64,000 nt of DNA, taken from Candidatus Micrarchaeota archaeon (GTDB lineage Archaea > Micrarchaeota > Micrarchaeia > Anstonellales > Bilamarchaeaceae). Shown here in pieces: positions 1 to 10,025 of the stretch. Position 1 is the first letter of the stretch. Each line of letters begins with the position of its first letter. The translations under genes and the position numbers were made by a program. The stretch is taken from contig JAHJDH010000001.1 in NCBI GenBank assembly GCA_018812625.1, positions 19,967-83,966 on the forward strand, in the 5' to 3' direction. Under the pieces are notes generated by a model, which worked only from the letters and a program-made list of their open reading frames with translations, searched no databases and was not told the origin of the DNA.

Positions 1-2
1 CT

Positions 3-1499
3 CCAGAGCCAAGGAAGGATCTTTTGCTTGCAGATCCATCCAAGGGAGTATATGTTGGAAAAACAAGATTTCTCAGAACGCCTGTTTTTTGGGATCCGTC
101 AAAACTTATCAATCCTCATATTGCAATTTTAGGTATTACTGGTTCTGGTAAGAGTTATACTGTTAAGACCTTCCTTACTCGAGCTTCATTAATTTGGAAC
201 ACTAATGCAGTTATATTAGACTGGGTTGGAGAATACAAGGAGTGGGTTCGCCAGGCAGGAGGAACAGTAATTGATCTTGCCGAAGAGCGGCTCAATATTC
301 TTGATCTTGTTGGCCTTCCAAAGAGAAGCAGAATTAGGCATATCGTGTCTGCTTTGGATATTCTTGTTGACTTGAAAAAGTTTCCTAGTGAAAGAGATGA
401 AATTGAGCAGGCTCTTGAAGATATTTATTTTGGAAAAGTAAAATCTACTCCTTCAATGTCTTCGGTTACTAATGTGCTGAAAAATAAAAAGAAAAAATTC
501 GGAAAAAAAGAACTTGAGAGCGAACTTCGACATATGAATCATAAGGAATGCAGCAAAGCAACTCTTGTCGATGTTGTTCGCATTCTGGAAGCACGCGGCC
601 AGAAAAAAGCAGCCAGACTTCTCAAAAGATTTACTGTCGAGGGAACTGATTTTTTTGCAGGACACTCGACTATGGACATCAAAGCCATGACTCATGGGGG
701 TCTTGTGTGCATCGATCTGCATAATCTTCCAACTGAAGAGATGAGAAGTCTTGCTGGTCTGACAATTTTGCAATATATCAAAGAAACAATGCGCGCAGAA
801 GGAATGGCGGATGATCACAAAGAAGTCAAACTCTTTGTTGTTCTTGATGAAGCTTGGAAAATTGCACAAGATGAGCGCAGTGATGTTATTACCATAGTTC
901 GAGAAGGCCGCAAGTATAATTTCTCACTGGTTATCGCAACCCAGAATCCAACAGATATGCATAAGACGATTTTCAGTAATATTGGATCTGTTTTTGTGCT
1001 TCGTCTGGTTCTTCGGGAATACAGGGATTATGTCAGAAATTCAATTGGCTATTCAAGTTTCATTGATGATGAGATATCTAAGTTTGGTGTTGGTGATGCT
1101 GCTGTCAATATGATCTTTGCAGAGCGCCAATCCAAGGTTATGACATTCCTCATGAATAAAATAGACGGGGAAGAGCCTCTCCTTCTATACAAGATAAGAG
1201 GTGGAGACATGAATGTTGAAATTGAGAGAGAGCAGTTTATCAGAATGCTCTATGAGCTTGGACTCAACGAAAGTCAGCTTAAATTAATAAGAACTCAATT
1301 CGAGAAAGGCGATGGTCTTATCGAAGGAGAAGCGCTAGTTGCCATTTTGGAAAAGTTCGGTTACTCAAAGCCATCAATTATTTCATTTTTAAGGCAGCTA
1401 AGCATTGACGAGAAAAACCTTATTAAGGTCTTTTCACTTGTTAGAATGAGAAAGGCAACCAAGGGCGTAGTCCATTTGGTTACTGAAGATGATGGATGA
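3..1499 (+). CDS. VirB4/HerA-family P-loop ATPase (CedB-like), 5'-truncated by window edge
   Basis: Walker A GITGSGKS preceded by NPHIAI; Walker B VVLDEAW; REGRKY..VIATQ motif; frame open from position 3. Confidence 0.85.
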   Translation, partial: PEPRKDLLLADPSKGVYVGKTRFLRTPVFWDPSKLINPHIAILGITGSGKSYTVKTFLTRASLIWNTNAVILDWVGEYKEWVRQAGGTVIDLAEERLNILDLVGLPKRSRIRHIVSALDILVDLKKFPSERDEIEQALEDIYFGKVKSTPSMSSVTNVLKNKKKKFGKKELESELRHMNHKECSKATLVDVVRILEARGQKKAARLLKRFTVEGTDFFAGHSTMDIKAMTHGGLVCIDLHNLPTEEMRSLAGLTILQYIKETMRAEGMADDHKEVKLFVVLDEAWKIAQDERSDVITIVREGRKYNFSLVIATQNPTDMHKTIFSNIGSVFVLRLVLREYRDYVRNSIGYSSFIDDEISKFGVGDAAVNMIFAERQSKVMTFLMNKIDGEEPLLLYKIRGGDMNVEIEREQFIRMLYELGLNESQLKLIRTQFEKGDGLIEGEALVAILEKFGYSKPSIISFLRQLSIDEKNLIKVFSLVRMRKATKGVVHLVTEDDG

Positions 1500-2206
1500 T
1501 CAAGATGGCCGAAGAAAAAATTATTGTAACTTCCAAACAAAAGAAAAATCTCAAGGGCCTTGCAACACTTTTCAGCGGCCTTGGTTTTACTAAAATCGCA
1601 TATACTAAATCAGGCCTTACACTTGAAAAAACAAAAGGCCGTGATCTTCGAGGCAATCCATATTTAGAATACAGGGTTGCATTTAGGCCTTCTGAAATTG
1701 AATTTGCCTATAGCGCCTCCATAAGAAAGAGCAAAATGGCACGGCTTCTTCATCTAATGCCAACTTTTCTGAACATCCTCCAAGTTGCAGAAGAATACTA
1801 TGATCTTCAGCCTACTCAGATTTTCTCTCACATAACCTCCGTGCTTGATGAAGTATCAAAAATGGTTGATCATGATTCAGTTGAATTTTCAACACAGCTT
1901 ACCGAACTTCAATCTAAATATACTGATATTCAAAAAAGGTATGATGATTTAGTCAGGTCAAGCGAGGCAAATACAAGAATTCTTCTAGAATGCGAGAGAA
2001 AACGGGATGAGCAGCACAAAAAACTTGCTCACCTAACAGGCATGAGCGATGATCTTCTTCGAGAAACTCTTTATGATTGGATCAAGGTTCATGGGGGTTC
2101 AATTGATATTCGTGAATTTTCAAAGGCCAACTCTGTTGCAGTTAGCAGAACAGAAGAAGGACTTGATATGCTGATTAGGGACGGATACATAAGGAGGCGG
2201 ATCTGA
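1496..2206 (+). CDS. Hypothetical protein with central coiled coil and C-terminal winged-helix-like domain
   Basis: Overlaps ATPase stop (ATGA); heptad-like segment LTELQSKYTDIQKRYDDL; C-terminus LYDWIKVHGGSIDI..EGLDMLIRDGYI. Confidence 0.7.
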   Translation: MIKMAEEKIIVTSKQKKNLKGLATLFSGLGFTKIAYTKSGLTLEKTKGRDLRGNPYLEYRVAFRPSEIEFAYSASIRKSKMARLLHLMPTFLNILQVAEEYYDLQPTQIFSHITSVLDEVSKMVDHDSVEFSTQLTELQSKYTDIQKRYDDLVRSSEANTRILLECERKRDEQHKKLAHLTGMSDDLLRETLYDWIKVHGGSIDIREFSKANSVAVSRTEEGLDMLIRDGYIRRRI

Positions 2207-2382
2207 TGGCAAGGAAAAAGAAAGCTTCTAAGAAAATCCAGGAAGAAGTGGTCATAAAAGAATACTTTTTTGCATTTGAAATTATCAAAATGTATCCTTA
2301 TACCCGCTCTTATGTCCTAAAAGCACCATTGAAAAAGTCTTTCAAAGATACTATTTCAGAACTCTTTGTAGGTAGAATCTAA
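2206..2382 (+). CDS. Small basic hypothetical protein (58 aa), absent from ORF track
   Basis: ATG overlaps upstream TGA, AAGGAGG SD upstream, TAA directly abuts purD ATG; MARKKKASKKIQEEVVIKEYFF... Confidence 0.6.
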   Translation: MARKKKASKKIQEEVVIKEYFFAFEIIKMYPYTRSYVLKAPLKKSFKDTISELFVGRI

Positions 2383-3684
2383 ATGAAAGTACTTCTAGTT
2401 GGAAATGGAGCGAGAGAGCATGCAATAGCAGAGAACCTTGCGCGGGATTGTGAACTGTACTGTGTTATGTCAAAAAAGAATCCTGCAATGGCTCAGCTGT
2501 CCAAAGACTACTGGATTTGTAATATTGAGGATCCAGTTTCAGTGGAATCTGTCATTAAAGGAAAAGATTTTGATCTTGGTTTCTCAAGTCCTGATGCCAC
2601 ATTGGCAGCCGGAGTGAGCGATGTTCTTGAGGAACATGGAATGTTGGTTGCATCACCGTCAAAAGCAGCTTCTCGCATTGAATGGGACAAATCTTATATG
2701 AGATCTCTTCATGAAAATTATCATGTTGGAGGAACGCCAAAGCATGAGATAGTAACTAATATCAAAGATGCTACTAGGGTGATCAAAGATTACGAATTAG
2801 TTGCAATAAAACCCCTTGGCCTCACAGGTGGAAAAGGAGTCAAAGTGAGTGGGGATCATTTTGTAAATCTTGATCAAAAACTCGAATATACTGCCTCACT
2901 TCTTGAAAAAGATGGTAGCGCTCTTATCGAAGAAAAATTAATTGGTGAGGAATTTACTCTTCAGGCTTTTTGCGATGGTTCTAGTATTGCACTAATGCCT
3001 CCAGTTCAAGATCATAAAAGAGCATTTGAAGGAGACAGCGGGCCAAACACTGGGGGAATGGGAAGCTATACAACTGGTACGAATCTTCCGTTTTTGAATT
3101 CCAGTGATTTGGAAAATGCAAAAAAGATCATTCAGGATGCTGTTTATGCACTCAAAAAAGATGGACATCCCTTCAAAGGAATTCTTTATGGTCAGTTCAT
3201 GGCAACAAAGGAATCAGTAAAGTTGATTGAATTCAATGCAAGATTTGGCGATCCTGAGGCTATGAATGTCCTTGCTCTTTTGAACGGATCACTAACTGAT
3301 GTATTTCTTTCAATGGCAGAAGGACAAATACATCCACCTACGTTTTCTTCTGATTGTACAGTTGTCAAATATCTTGTTCCAGATGGATATCCAACAGAAC
3401 CAAAAAAAGATTTGCCAGTTGAAATTAATGGTGCTGAAATTGAGAAAACCGGCGCAAGTCTATACTATGCATCAGTATATGAAAATGAAGGAAAAATTTT
3501 CACATCGTCTTCACGTTCCTTTGGTATTTTAGGACGTGCTCAAACTTTAGACGAAGCTGAAAAAGTTGCAGAATCTGCATGCGCTTACATAAGTGGGTCT
3601 CTTTGGCACCGCAAAGATATCGGAACCAGCGCGTTGGTTGAGCGCAGGGTAGCGCACATGCGCAAGCTTCGTGGGATCGAATGA
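2383..3684 (+). CDS. purD: Phosphoribosylamine--glycine ligase
   Basis: MKVLLVGNGAREHA; QDHKRAFEGDSGPNTGGMG; EFNARFGDPE. Confidence 0.97.
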   Translation: MKVLLVGNGAREHAIAENLARDCELYCVMSKKNPAMAQLSKDYWICNIEDPVSVESVIKGKDFDLGFSSPDATLAAGVSDVLEEHGMLVASPSKAASRIEWDKSYMRSLHENYHVGGTPKHEIVTNIKDATRVIKDYELVAIKPLGLTGGKGVKVSGDHFVNLDQKLEYTASLLEKDGSALIEEKLIGEEFTLQAFCDGSSIALMPPVQDHKRAFEGDSGPNTGGMGSYTTGTNLPFLNSSDLENAKKIIQDAVYALKKDGHPFKGILYGQFMATKESVKLIEFNARFGDPEAMNVLALLNGSLTDVFLSMAEGQIHPPTFSSDCTVVKYLVPDGYPTEPKKDLPVEINGAEIEKTGASLYYASVYENEGKIFTSSSRSFGILGRAQTLDEAEKVAESACAYISGSLWHRKDIGTSALVERRVAHMRKLRGIE

Positions 3685-4868
3685 GATACATCCTTTTCTT
3701 TTTATTTTTCTGCACATTTTGCTTTTCTGATTTTGGAAGGTCTACACTTTTACTTGAGCGAAGCTGGACTATAACTGGCGATTCAAATGATTTTATTGAT
3801 TTTCAAGGAGCACTTGCTGTAAACAACTCCCACCAGCGTGTAACCTCGATTGAAATAGAGCCTGTTGGAAATTATTTTACTGATAAATCCGGAACTATTT
3901 GGGTAAACTATATCGGACCTATGAATGATTCAAAACTAATTATCACGGCAAAAACAACTCTTGATATTGATTATGATACTGAACTTTTTTTTGATCCAAT
4001 TCCTCCAAACGCCTCGTTAGTATCCACTAATCTTACAGCAGCAAATAGTGCAATTAAATACCAGGCACAATCTCTTCGGGATGAAAACTCCTCACTGAAT
4101 ACTATCCTAAGGTTGACCAACTGGGTAAATAGTTATGTGCAATATGATGAAAGTTATTGGGATGATACTAATTCTGCTACCGATGTTTTAAAGCAGAAAA
4201 AAGGAGTTTGCGTTCAGTATACTCATTTGTTCATTTCTCTTGCACGTTCTCTTGGTTTTGAAACTCGCTTTGTAAGTGGCTATGTGCTTGCTGATAGCTG
4301 GCAGCCACATACTTGGGTTGAAGTTTATCTTCCTGAATATGGATATTTGCCAGTTGATCCTACGTTTGGTCAGATCGGTGTTTTGGATAATAGCCATGCT
4401 GCTTTAAGTTATGGAGATGATCAGCTCTCGTCTTATGATGTGCTGCTCTCAAGAAATCAAAATGTTGCACTAGAAGTTAATGATACTGTCCAGTTTGCAT
4501 CGTCTTCATTTAGACTTGATGGAATTGAACAGTCTATCTTTTTTGATCCAAGTTCTTACCTTGTTGATGTTATTATTACTAATAATCGAATGGAGTATCT
4601 CTTTGCTGCATATTCCTTCACTACTTCTCCTGAGTTTGGTACTTTTGATTCATCTTTGATTCTTCTACAGCCAAATCAATCCATTCACAGATATTATGGT
4701 CTCAACCATTCCTATTTCGACGATTCCTATTCGTACTCTATTCCTGTTTCATCATCCTTCAATGATGTAGTTTCTAAGAAAAATCTTCTAGTGGATGGAA
4801 GATCTCCTGTCTGCATCCTGCCATTTGTCCTTCTTTTTCTGCTATATCTAAAAACCTTACCCGGGTGA
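3681..4868 (+). CDS. Secreted, membrane-anchored transglutaminase-like protein
   Basis: Signal peptide; Cys-His-Asp triad GVCVQY / PHTWVEV / VDPT; C-terminal hydrophobic tail. Confidence 0.85.
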   Translation: MRYILFFLFFCTFCFSDFGRSTLLLERSWTITGDSNDFIDFQGALAVNNSHQRVTSIEIEPVGNYFTDKSGTIWVNYIGPMNDSKLIITAKTTLDIDYDTELFFDPIPPNASLVSTNLTAANSAIKYQAQSLRDENSSLNTILRLTNWVNSYVQYDESYWDDTNSATDVLKQKKGVCVQYTHLFISLARSLGFETRFVSGYVLADSWQPHTWVEVYLPEYGYLPVDPTFGQIGVLDNSHAALSYGDDQLSSYDVLLSRNQNVALEVNDTVQFASSSFRLDGIEQSIFFDPSSYLVDVIITNNRMEYLFAAYSFTTSPEFGTFDSSLILLQPNQSIHRYYGLNHSYFDDSYSYSIPVSSSFNDVVSKKNLLVDGRSPVCILPFVLLFLLYLKTLPG

Positions 4869-5944
4869 ACAAAAATATGAAAGTGCACATTGTGGGTGCT
4901 GGTCCTTCTGGCTCTATTGCTGCTATAAATGCAGCTCGAAGTAACCACGATGTTGTTCTATCAGAAGAGCATTCTGTTTCTGGAATTCCTGAAAATTGTT
5001 CTGGTCTGTTTTCCAAAGAAGGACTTGAGAGTCTCTCAAGCTATTTTAATTACAAAAAACAAGTAGTAAACCCAATCCATGGTGCCAATATTCATTTTGT
5101 TGATCAAAAACTTTCTATTCGAAGAAAGGATCCAGTTGGCTATGTTTGTAATCGCTCTGCTATTGATCAAATTCTTGTAGAGCAAGCTGAGAGCGAAGGT
5201 GCAAAGGTCAATTACAATGAGAAAATTTCAGGTAATTTTCATTCTACTAATATTATTGGGGCCGATGGTCCTATGTCACATGTTGCCAATCACTTTTCTT
5301 TTGAAAAAATTCAAAGATATGCAACTACCATGCAGGCAACACTTCCCTACAAATCCGAAGATCCTCATATGGTGGAAGTCTTTCTCTCAAACAAGCTTTT
5401 TCCAGGTTTTTTTGGTTGGATTATACCTCAAAACCATGATTTTGCTGAATTTGGAGCTGGTGCGCTTATACCAAATAGTGCTATTGAAGCATGGCACAAC
5501 ATTCTCAAACTTAAAAATCTCCCATATGCAAAGCCACGGGGTTGGTTAATTCCAATTAAAAGCAGAAAACAAACATCCAAGCGCCATGGAAACTATAATG
5601 TTCTTCTTGTTGGGGACTCTGCTGGCCAGGTAAAATCTACTACTGGGGGCGGCCTGATCTTTGGTGGAAACTGCGCTTCTATTGCAGGAAAATTTTTTCA
5701 TGATCCGCTTCGCTATGATCTCGAGTGGAGACTTCGCTTTGGCCCTGATCTTTTTGCTCATTCAATGGTGCATAAATATCTGCGTTCTCAGTCTGATTCT
5801 GGACTCAAATTGCTTGGCAGAAGGCTTAAGAAGCTGAATTGCGATGATTATTTGTCTATTTACGGGAATATGGATAGGCCTACAAAGATGATGGGGCCTC
5901 AAATTATCAAACATGTTCTAAAAAACATTTGTGGGGTGTCTTAA
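4865..5944 (+). CDS. Geranylgeranyl reductase family FAD oxidoreductase
   Basis: GAGPSG dinucleotide motif, NCSGL, IIGADG, GWIIP, LVGDSAGQVKSTTGGG; next to GGGP synthase. Confidence 0.88.
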   Translation: MNKNMKVHIVGAGPSGSIAAINAARSNHDVVLSEEHSVSGIPENCSGLFSKEGLESLSSYFNYKKQVVNPIHGANIHFVDQKLSIRRKDPVGYVCNRSAIDQILVEQAESEGAKVNYNEKISGNFHSTNIIGADGPMSHVANHFSFEKIQRYATTMQATLPYKSEDPHMVEVFLSNKLFPGFFGWIIPQNHDFAEFGAGALIPNSAIEAWHNILKLKNLPYAKPRGWLIPIKSRKQTSKRHGNYNVLLVGDSAGQVKSTTGGGLIFGGNCASIAGKFFHDPLRYDLEWRLRFGPDLFAHSMVHKYLRSQSDSGLKLLGRRLKKLNCDDYLSIYGNMDRPTKMMGPQIIKHVLKNICGVS

Positions 5945-6704
5945 ATTGAAAGTTGAAAATTATATTCTAAATGAACTTGAGACTAAAAAAGGGCTTTTGT
6001 TTGCTCTTATTGATCCACTTGACTATAAGTCTCTGGATCAGGCTGTTAAAACTGCTAAAAATGCTGATGAAGGCGGAGCAGATATAATTCTCATTGGTGG
6101 AAGCACTGGAGTTCAGGGTGAAGTTCTAGACAATGTTACAAAAGAAATCAAAAAAGAAGTTTCCAGCCCTGTGGTTCTCTTTCCAGGAAACATCGGAACA
6201 CTAACAAAACATGCAGATGCAGTCTACTTCATGTCAATGCTCAATTCCAGAAACACTTATTGGGTAAGCGAAGCGCAGATGCTTGCTGCTCCTGTTGTTA
6301 AGCAATACGGGGTCGAGCCTCTTCCAGTTGCATATGTAGTTGTTGAGCCTGGCGGTACTGTTGGCTGGGTTGGCGATGCAAAACGAATCCCAAGAGCCAA
6401 ACCAAAAATAGCAGCAGCATTTGGAATGGCTGCACAGTATATGGGCTTTAGGTTCTTCATAACAGATGCAGGATCAAACCCAGAATCTGGCCACATTCCT
6501 CTTGAAATGGTGAAAACTGTTAGCTCTGTAATTGATATTCCATACATTGCAGCTGGGGGCATTAGGACATCTGCCCAGGCCAAATCAGTTATCAAAGCAG
6601 GTGCAGACATTATCCAGGTTGGAACTGCCTTTGAAAAAGAGAATTCGGTTTCAAAAATCAAGGATATGGTCAAGGCAGTTAGAGAAGGGGCGAGCTTACG
6701 ATGA
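5931..6704 (+). CDS. Geranylgeranylglyceryl phosphate synthase (PcrB family); start may be TTG at 5946
   Basis: LIDP, IGGSTG, VLFPG, FMSMLNSRN, DAGS, GGIR, IIQVGT motifs. Confidence 0.93.
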   Translation: MGCLKLKVENYILNELETKKGLLFALIDPLDYKSLDQAVKTAKNADEGGADIILIGGSTGVQGEVLDNVTKEIKKEVSSPVVLFPGNIGTLTKHADAVYFMSMLNSRNTYWVSEAQMLAAPVVKQYGVEPLPVAYVVVEPGGTVGWVGDAKRIPRAKPKIAAAFGMAAQYMGFRFFITDAGSNPESGHIPLEMVKTVSSVIDIPYIAAGGIRTSAQAKSVIKAGADIIQVGTAFEKENSVSKIKDMVKAVREGASLR

Positions 6705-7360
6705 ATACTTCTTTCATAGAATTCTTAGCAAGATCCGGAGCAGTTAAATTTGGAGAGTTTACTCTCAAAAGCGGACGGGAATCACCGTATTTCATAAGTA
6801 CTGGAGTTCTTGCAGATGGCTCTTTGACCTATGAACTTGGCAAATATTATGCTCAAAAAATCAAAGATCAATTTGGTACTGATTTTGATGCAATTTATGG
6901 CCCTGCCTACAAAGGAATTCCTCTTGCGGTTGCAACTTGCATTGCACTTCAAAATGAATATGGAATAAACAAGCCTTGGATTTTTGATCGAAAGGAAAAG
7001 AAGCTTCATGGGGACCGAGGCGCTTTTGTTGGTGGAGATCTAGATAGTGGCGCTAGGATTATTTTAGTCGATGATGTTATGACCACTGGCGGAACAAAGG
7101 TAGAGGCGATAGAGAAAATCAAATCATCTCTAAATGCTGAGCTTATCGGCGTAATTATTGCAGTTGATCGGATGGAGAGATCCAATAAAAAAACAGCAAT
7201 AGAAGAATTCACTGAAAGCACTGGCGTTCCTGTTCATTCAATTGAGAATATAAAAAATATTTTCGAATATTTAAAGGAAAACAAAGTGGATAGCACCCAA
7301 TATGTAACTGAAAAAATTTATCAGAAATATGTCGGTTACATGAAAAAATACGGGCTCTAA
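6701..7360 (+). CDS. pyrE: Orotate phosphoribosyltransferase
   Basis: FGEFTLKSGRESPY, GPAYKGIP, DRKE.K.HG, PRPP motif LVDDVMTTG. Confidence 0.96.
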   Translation: MNTSFIEFLARSGAVKFGEFTLKSGRESPYFISTGVLADGSLTYELGKYYAQKIKDQFGTDFDAIYGPAYKGIPLAVATCIALQNEYGINKPWIFDRKEKKLHGDRGAFVGGDLDSGARIILVDDVMTTGGTKVEAIEKIKSSLNAELIGVIIAVDRMERSNKKTAIEEFTESTGVPVHSIENIKNIFEYLKENKVDSTQYVTEKIYQKYVGYMKKYGL

Positions 7361-8439
7361 AACTGATCAATAAATTTATCATCTATTTCTGAAACATCAA
7401 GAGAAATGCATTTTGCATTTGTTCCAATAATATTGCTTATGTTTGGAGTTGTTCTTCCATCATCTCCAGAAATCAGTTCTTTTATGTATGTCCCAGCTTC
7501 TGCTTTGATGAAGATCATCGCCTTTTTTCCATCAATTTTTTCCACATGAATTTTCTTTATCTTCCTGTGTCTTACCAAATCTGCTCTTCTATGAACAACT
7601 CTTTTTGGAGTTTGTTGTGCGATTGTTGATCCTTCAATTTCAGAGATCTTTTGTGCATCTTCCTCTACAATTTCTCTTCCAAATTCAACTTCTGCAGTAT
7701 ATGCTTTGTCAAAATGAGATTCTGTAACAAGCTCCACAAATCCGCGACCAACCAGTCTCAAACCATCAACGCTAACCTCATTGCTTTTTCCAATTTTTTC
7801 CTGCGCTGCCTTCAAATCAACTGATCTGTTTTTCGGGGATTTGAGCATCATTACAAATATTCGCCCTGCGCTATTAGTTGCATCAACATCTTCTCTTCCT
7901 GATGCATGCAGTACATAATCTTCTGCAGAAGCTAATGTCTTGAGAGGCTCTCCTATTCTCTCTTCAACAGATTCGTACATTTTTCCTTTTTCATTGCAGG
8001 CTTTGCAACCTTTGCCTTCACATTTATTGCATTTCCACCTGCTTTGGGAAAGCCCTGAAACGAGCTTTTTGTATCTTCCAAAAATAAACATGTCATTTCT
8101 CTCAAGTACAACTGTCTCTGCTGCAAAATCAAAAACAATTCGCGCCTCTCCATCAACTATATACTCTCCAGGCAGGCTTGAACTTATTTTTTTGTTTAGC
8201 CTATTTTTGATGCTCTCTGATTTTCCAATGCTCATGTCCCATACTCTCTCCTCTTGAATGAGCCAGTCTTTGGGAATTTTTGTTGAAATAGAAAAGTTTT
8301 TGCTCCCTTCTTTTTCCAGAAGCTTTTTTGCCTTTTCAATCATTTCATTTGTTTTTAGAGCGCTATCATTGCAGATGTAGCATTTTCCAATTTCAAAAGA
8401 AGAGCCATTAGCCTCATTGCATATTTCACATAGTTTCAT
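7357..8439 (-). CDS. pus10: tRNA pseudouridine(54/55) synthase Pus10
   Basis: N-terminal Cys pairs, GRYKK..SQSRW, HASGREDVDA, QQTPKRV, GTYIKELISGDDGRT. Confidence 0.95.
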   Translation of the reverse strand: MKLCEICNEANGSSFEIGKCYICNDSALKTNEMIEKAKKLLEKEGSKNFSISTKIPKDWLIQEERVWDMSIGKSESIKNRLNKKISSSLPGEYIVDGEARIVFDFAAETVVLERNDMFIFGRYKKLVSGLSQSRWKCNKCEGKGCKACNEKGKMYESVEERIGEPLKTLASAEDYVLHASGREDVDATNSAGRIFVMMLKSPKNRSVDLKAAQEKIGKSNEVSVDGLRLVGRGFVELVTESHFDKAYTAEVEFGREIVEEDAQKISEIEGSTIAQQTPKRVVHRRADLVRHRKIKKIHVEKIDGKKAMIFIKAEAGTYIKELISGDDGRTTPNISNIIGTNAKCISLDVSEIDDKFIDQF

Positions 8440-8454
8440 GTTTTTTCCTCAGAA

Positions 8455-8799
8455 CTATACTAATGGTTTGTTTGGTTCAGATGGAAGTGCATGTTTGATT
8501 CTGTAGCCTTCAATAATCAAAGCAGCTCTCTTTATCTGCTCATCCATACCACTTGTGCCACGAACCCCTATGATGCCTTCAATATACAATCCAAAATCTG
8601 CCAGAGTGCCAGAGCCATTGCTGCTCATTTTTTTAAGGATTTCAATAACGACCTTTTTTCCTTTTTGGTCGCTTCCCCAAACACTGAGTGCAAGTGCAAC
8701 TTGATTAATGAAATGGGCTTTATCAGATTCACTCATCTTTTTCCATGTACCCAAAATTTTTCCCTTTCTTTTCTCATCCAGAAGATCTAGTGAAACCAT
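8455..8799 (-). CDS. Hypothetical protein
   Basis: ATG at 8799 overlaps upstream TAA (TAATG) with GGTGAG SD; no recognised motif. Confidence 0.6.
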   Translation of the reverse strand: MVSLDLLDEKRKGKILGTWKKMSESDKAHFINQVALALSVWGSDQKGKKVVIEILKKMSSNGSGTLADFGLYIEGIIGVRGTSGMDEQIKRAALIIEGYRIKHALPSEPNKPLV

Positions 8800-9164
8800 T
8801 AGCTTCTCACCCATTCTCTTAGACTAAATTGTCTACTGTCGCGTACAGATAATTCCATCCGCTCTCCAAGCTCAAGTGCTGCATTGAGGCCTCGTTCTGT
8901 CATGTCTCTGCTACTTGCTCTACCAGCTTGTTCTACGCGGGTAAAGACCAGATCAGACAGTTCTGAGCCTTCTTCTCTTCTTATCGGAGTAACCTCACGC
9001 ATTCGCTCTCCATGCGCTCTTTCTCTTTCTGCAACTGCAGCTTCTGCATATCTATCTAGAGTCTGCATGGAAAAACTTGGTCCTGCACTAAAAACCTCAT
9101 CAAGGAATCGGTTGAATGTTATCCTCAAATCTTCCCCTTTCTTTCGCGTTGTAGCACGAGTCAT
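8799..9164 (-). CDS. Hypothetical Arg/Glu-rich protein
   Basis: 121-aa ORF translationally coupled to the next gene. Confidence 0.6.
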   Translation of the reverse strand: MTRATTRKKGEDLRITFNRFLDEVFSAGPSFSMQTLDRYAEAAVAERERAHGERMREVTPIRREEGSELSDLVFTRVEQAGRASSRDMTERGLNAALELGERMELSVRDSRQFSLREWVRS

Positions 9165-9261
9165 GGATTATCTATCTTCTGCATTGTTTTTAATCATTTC
9201 ATGCATTCAGTAGCCGTATTTAAAAACACTTAGTTCTACTTATTACAACAGGGATAAAATT

Positions 9262-10023
9262 ATGCGATTGCAAATCCAAAGAAGAGTTGCAGTTATCAGC
9301 TGCGAACCTGATTCCCAGGAACCACTGTCTTTTAGGGGGAAATCAAAAACAATCCGTGAAATAACATCAATCAGACTTCGTGAACTTGGACTTGAGCCAA
9401 CAATCCACAGGCCCCTCACGGACATATCTGATTTTCCTGCTATTGGAAAAATCGGAGGGGTTGTTATTGGCGGATCAAAATTAAGTTTGCATGATATTGA
9501 AAAAAATGATTGGATGAAAAAACTTCTTGATTTTATCCAAAGAGCACACGGAAAAGTCCCGATTCTTGGTCTATGTTTTGGCCATCAGGCAGTTGGAATT
9601 TCTTTTGGATCCAAGTTGGAACAATTCAACTCAACAATTGGCTGTGAAGTAGGATTTTCAGAAGTTGCGCGAACTGCTGAATCTGCAAATGATCCTCTAC
9701 TTGGAGAGAGTCCTGCAATGTTTGATGCTTTGTTTTCTCATTTTGATTATCTTGCAACAGAACCTCCGCATTTTACTGTTTTGCTCAGATCACTCAATTT
9801 AGAAAATCACAGTATCCAGGCATTTAGAGCAGGAGACAGTACATGGGGCCTTCAATTTCATCCAGAATACACAACTGGAGTTGTCAGGGACCTTGTAATT
9901 GCAAGGCAAAAAATCATCGCGCCTATAATTGATGTTGATTCTGTGTTATTTGGCCTATGCCGAATTCACAGAGCCGACACTGCGCCTCTTAGAAATTTTG
10001 TTAATTTCATGACACGTGACTAA
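9262..10023 (+). CDS. Type 1 glutamine amidotransferase (GMP-synthase-like, stand-alone)
   Basis: Nucleophile elbow LGLCFGHQ; WGLQFHPE His-Glu dyad. Confidence 0.9.
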   Translation: MRLQIQRRVAVISCEPDSQEPLSFRGKSKTIREITSIRLRELGLEPTIHRPLTDISDFPAIGKIGGVVIGGSKLSLHDIEKNDWMKKLLDFIQRAHGKVPILGLCFGHQAVGISFGSKLEQFNSTIGCEVGFSEVARTAESANDPLLGESPAMFDALFSHFDYLATEPPHFTVLLRSLNLENHSIQAFRAGDSTWGLQFHPEYTTGVVRDLVIARQKIIAPIIDVDSVLFGLCRIHRADTAPLRNFVNFMTRD

Positions 10024-10025
10024 TT

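Noticed and set aside
3..1499. Repair helicase HerA partnering NurA
   Set aside because: 26 kb from nurA, and the sequence preceding Walker A looks VirB4/CedB-like; not excluded without phylogeny
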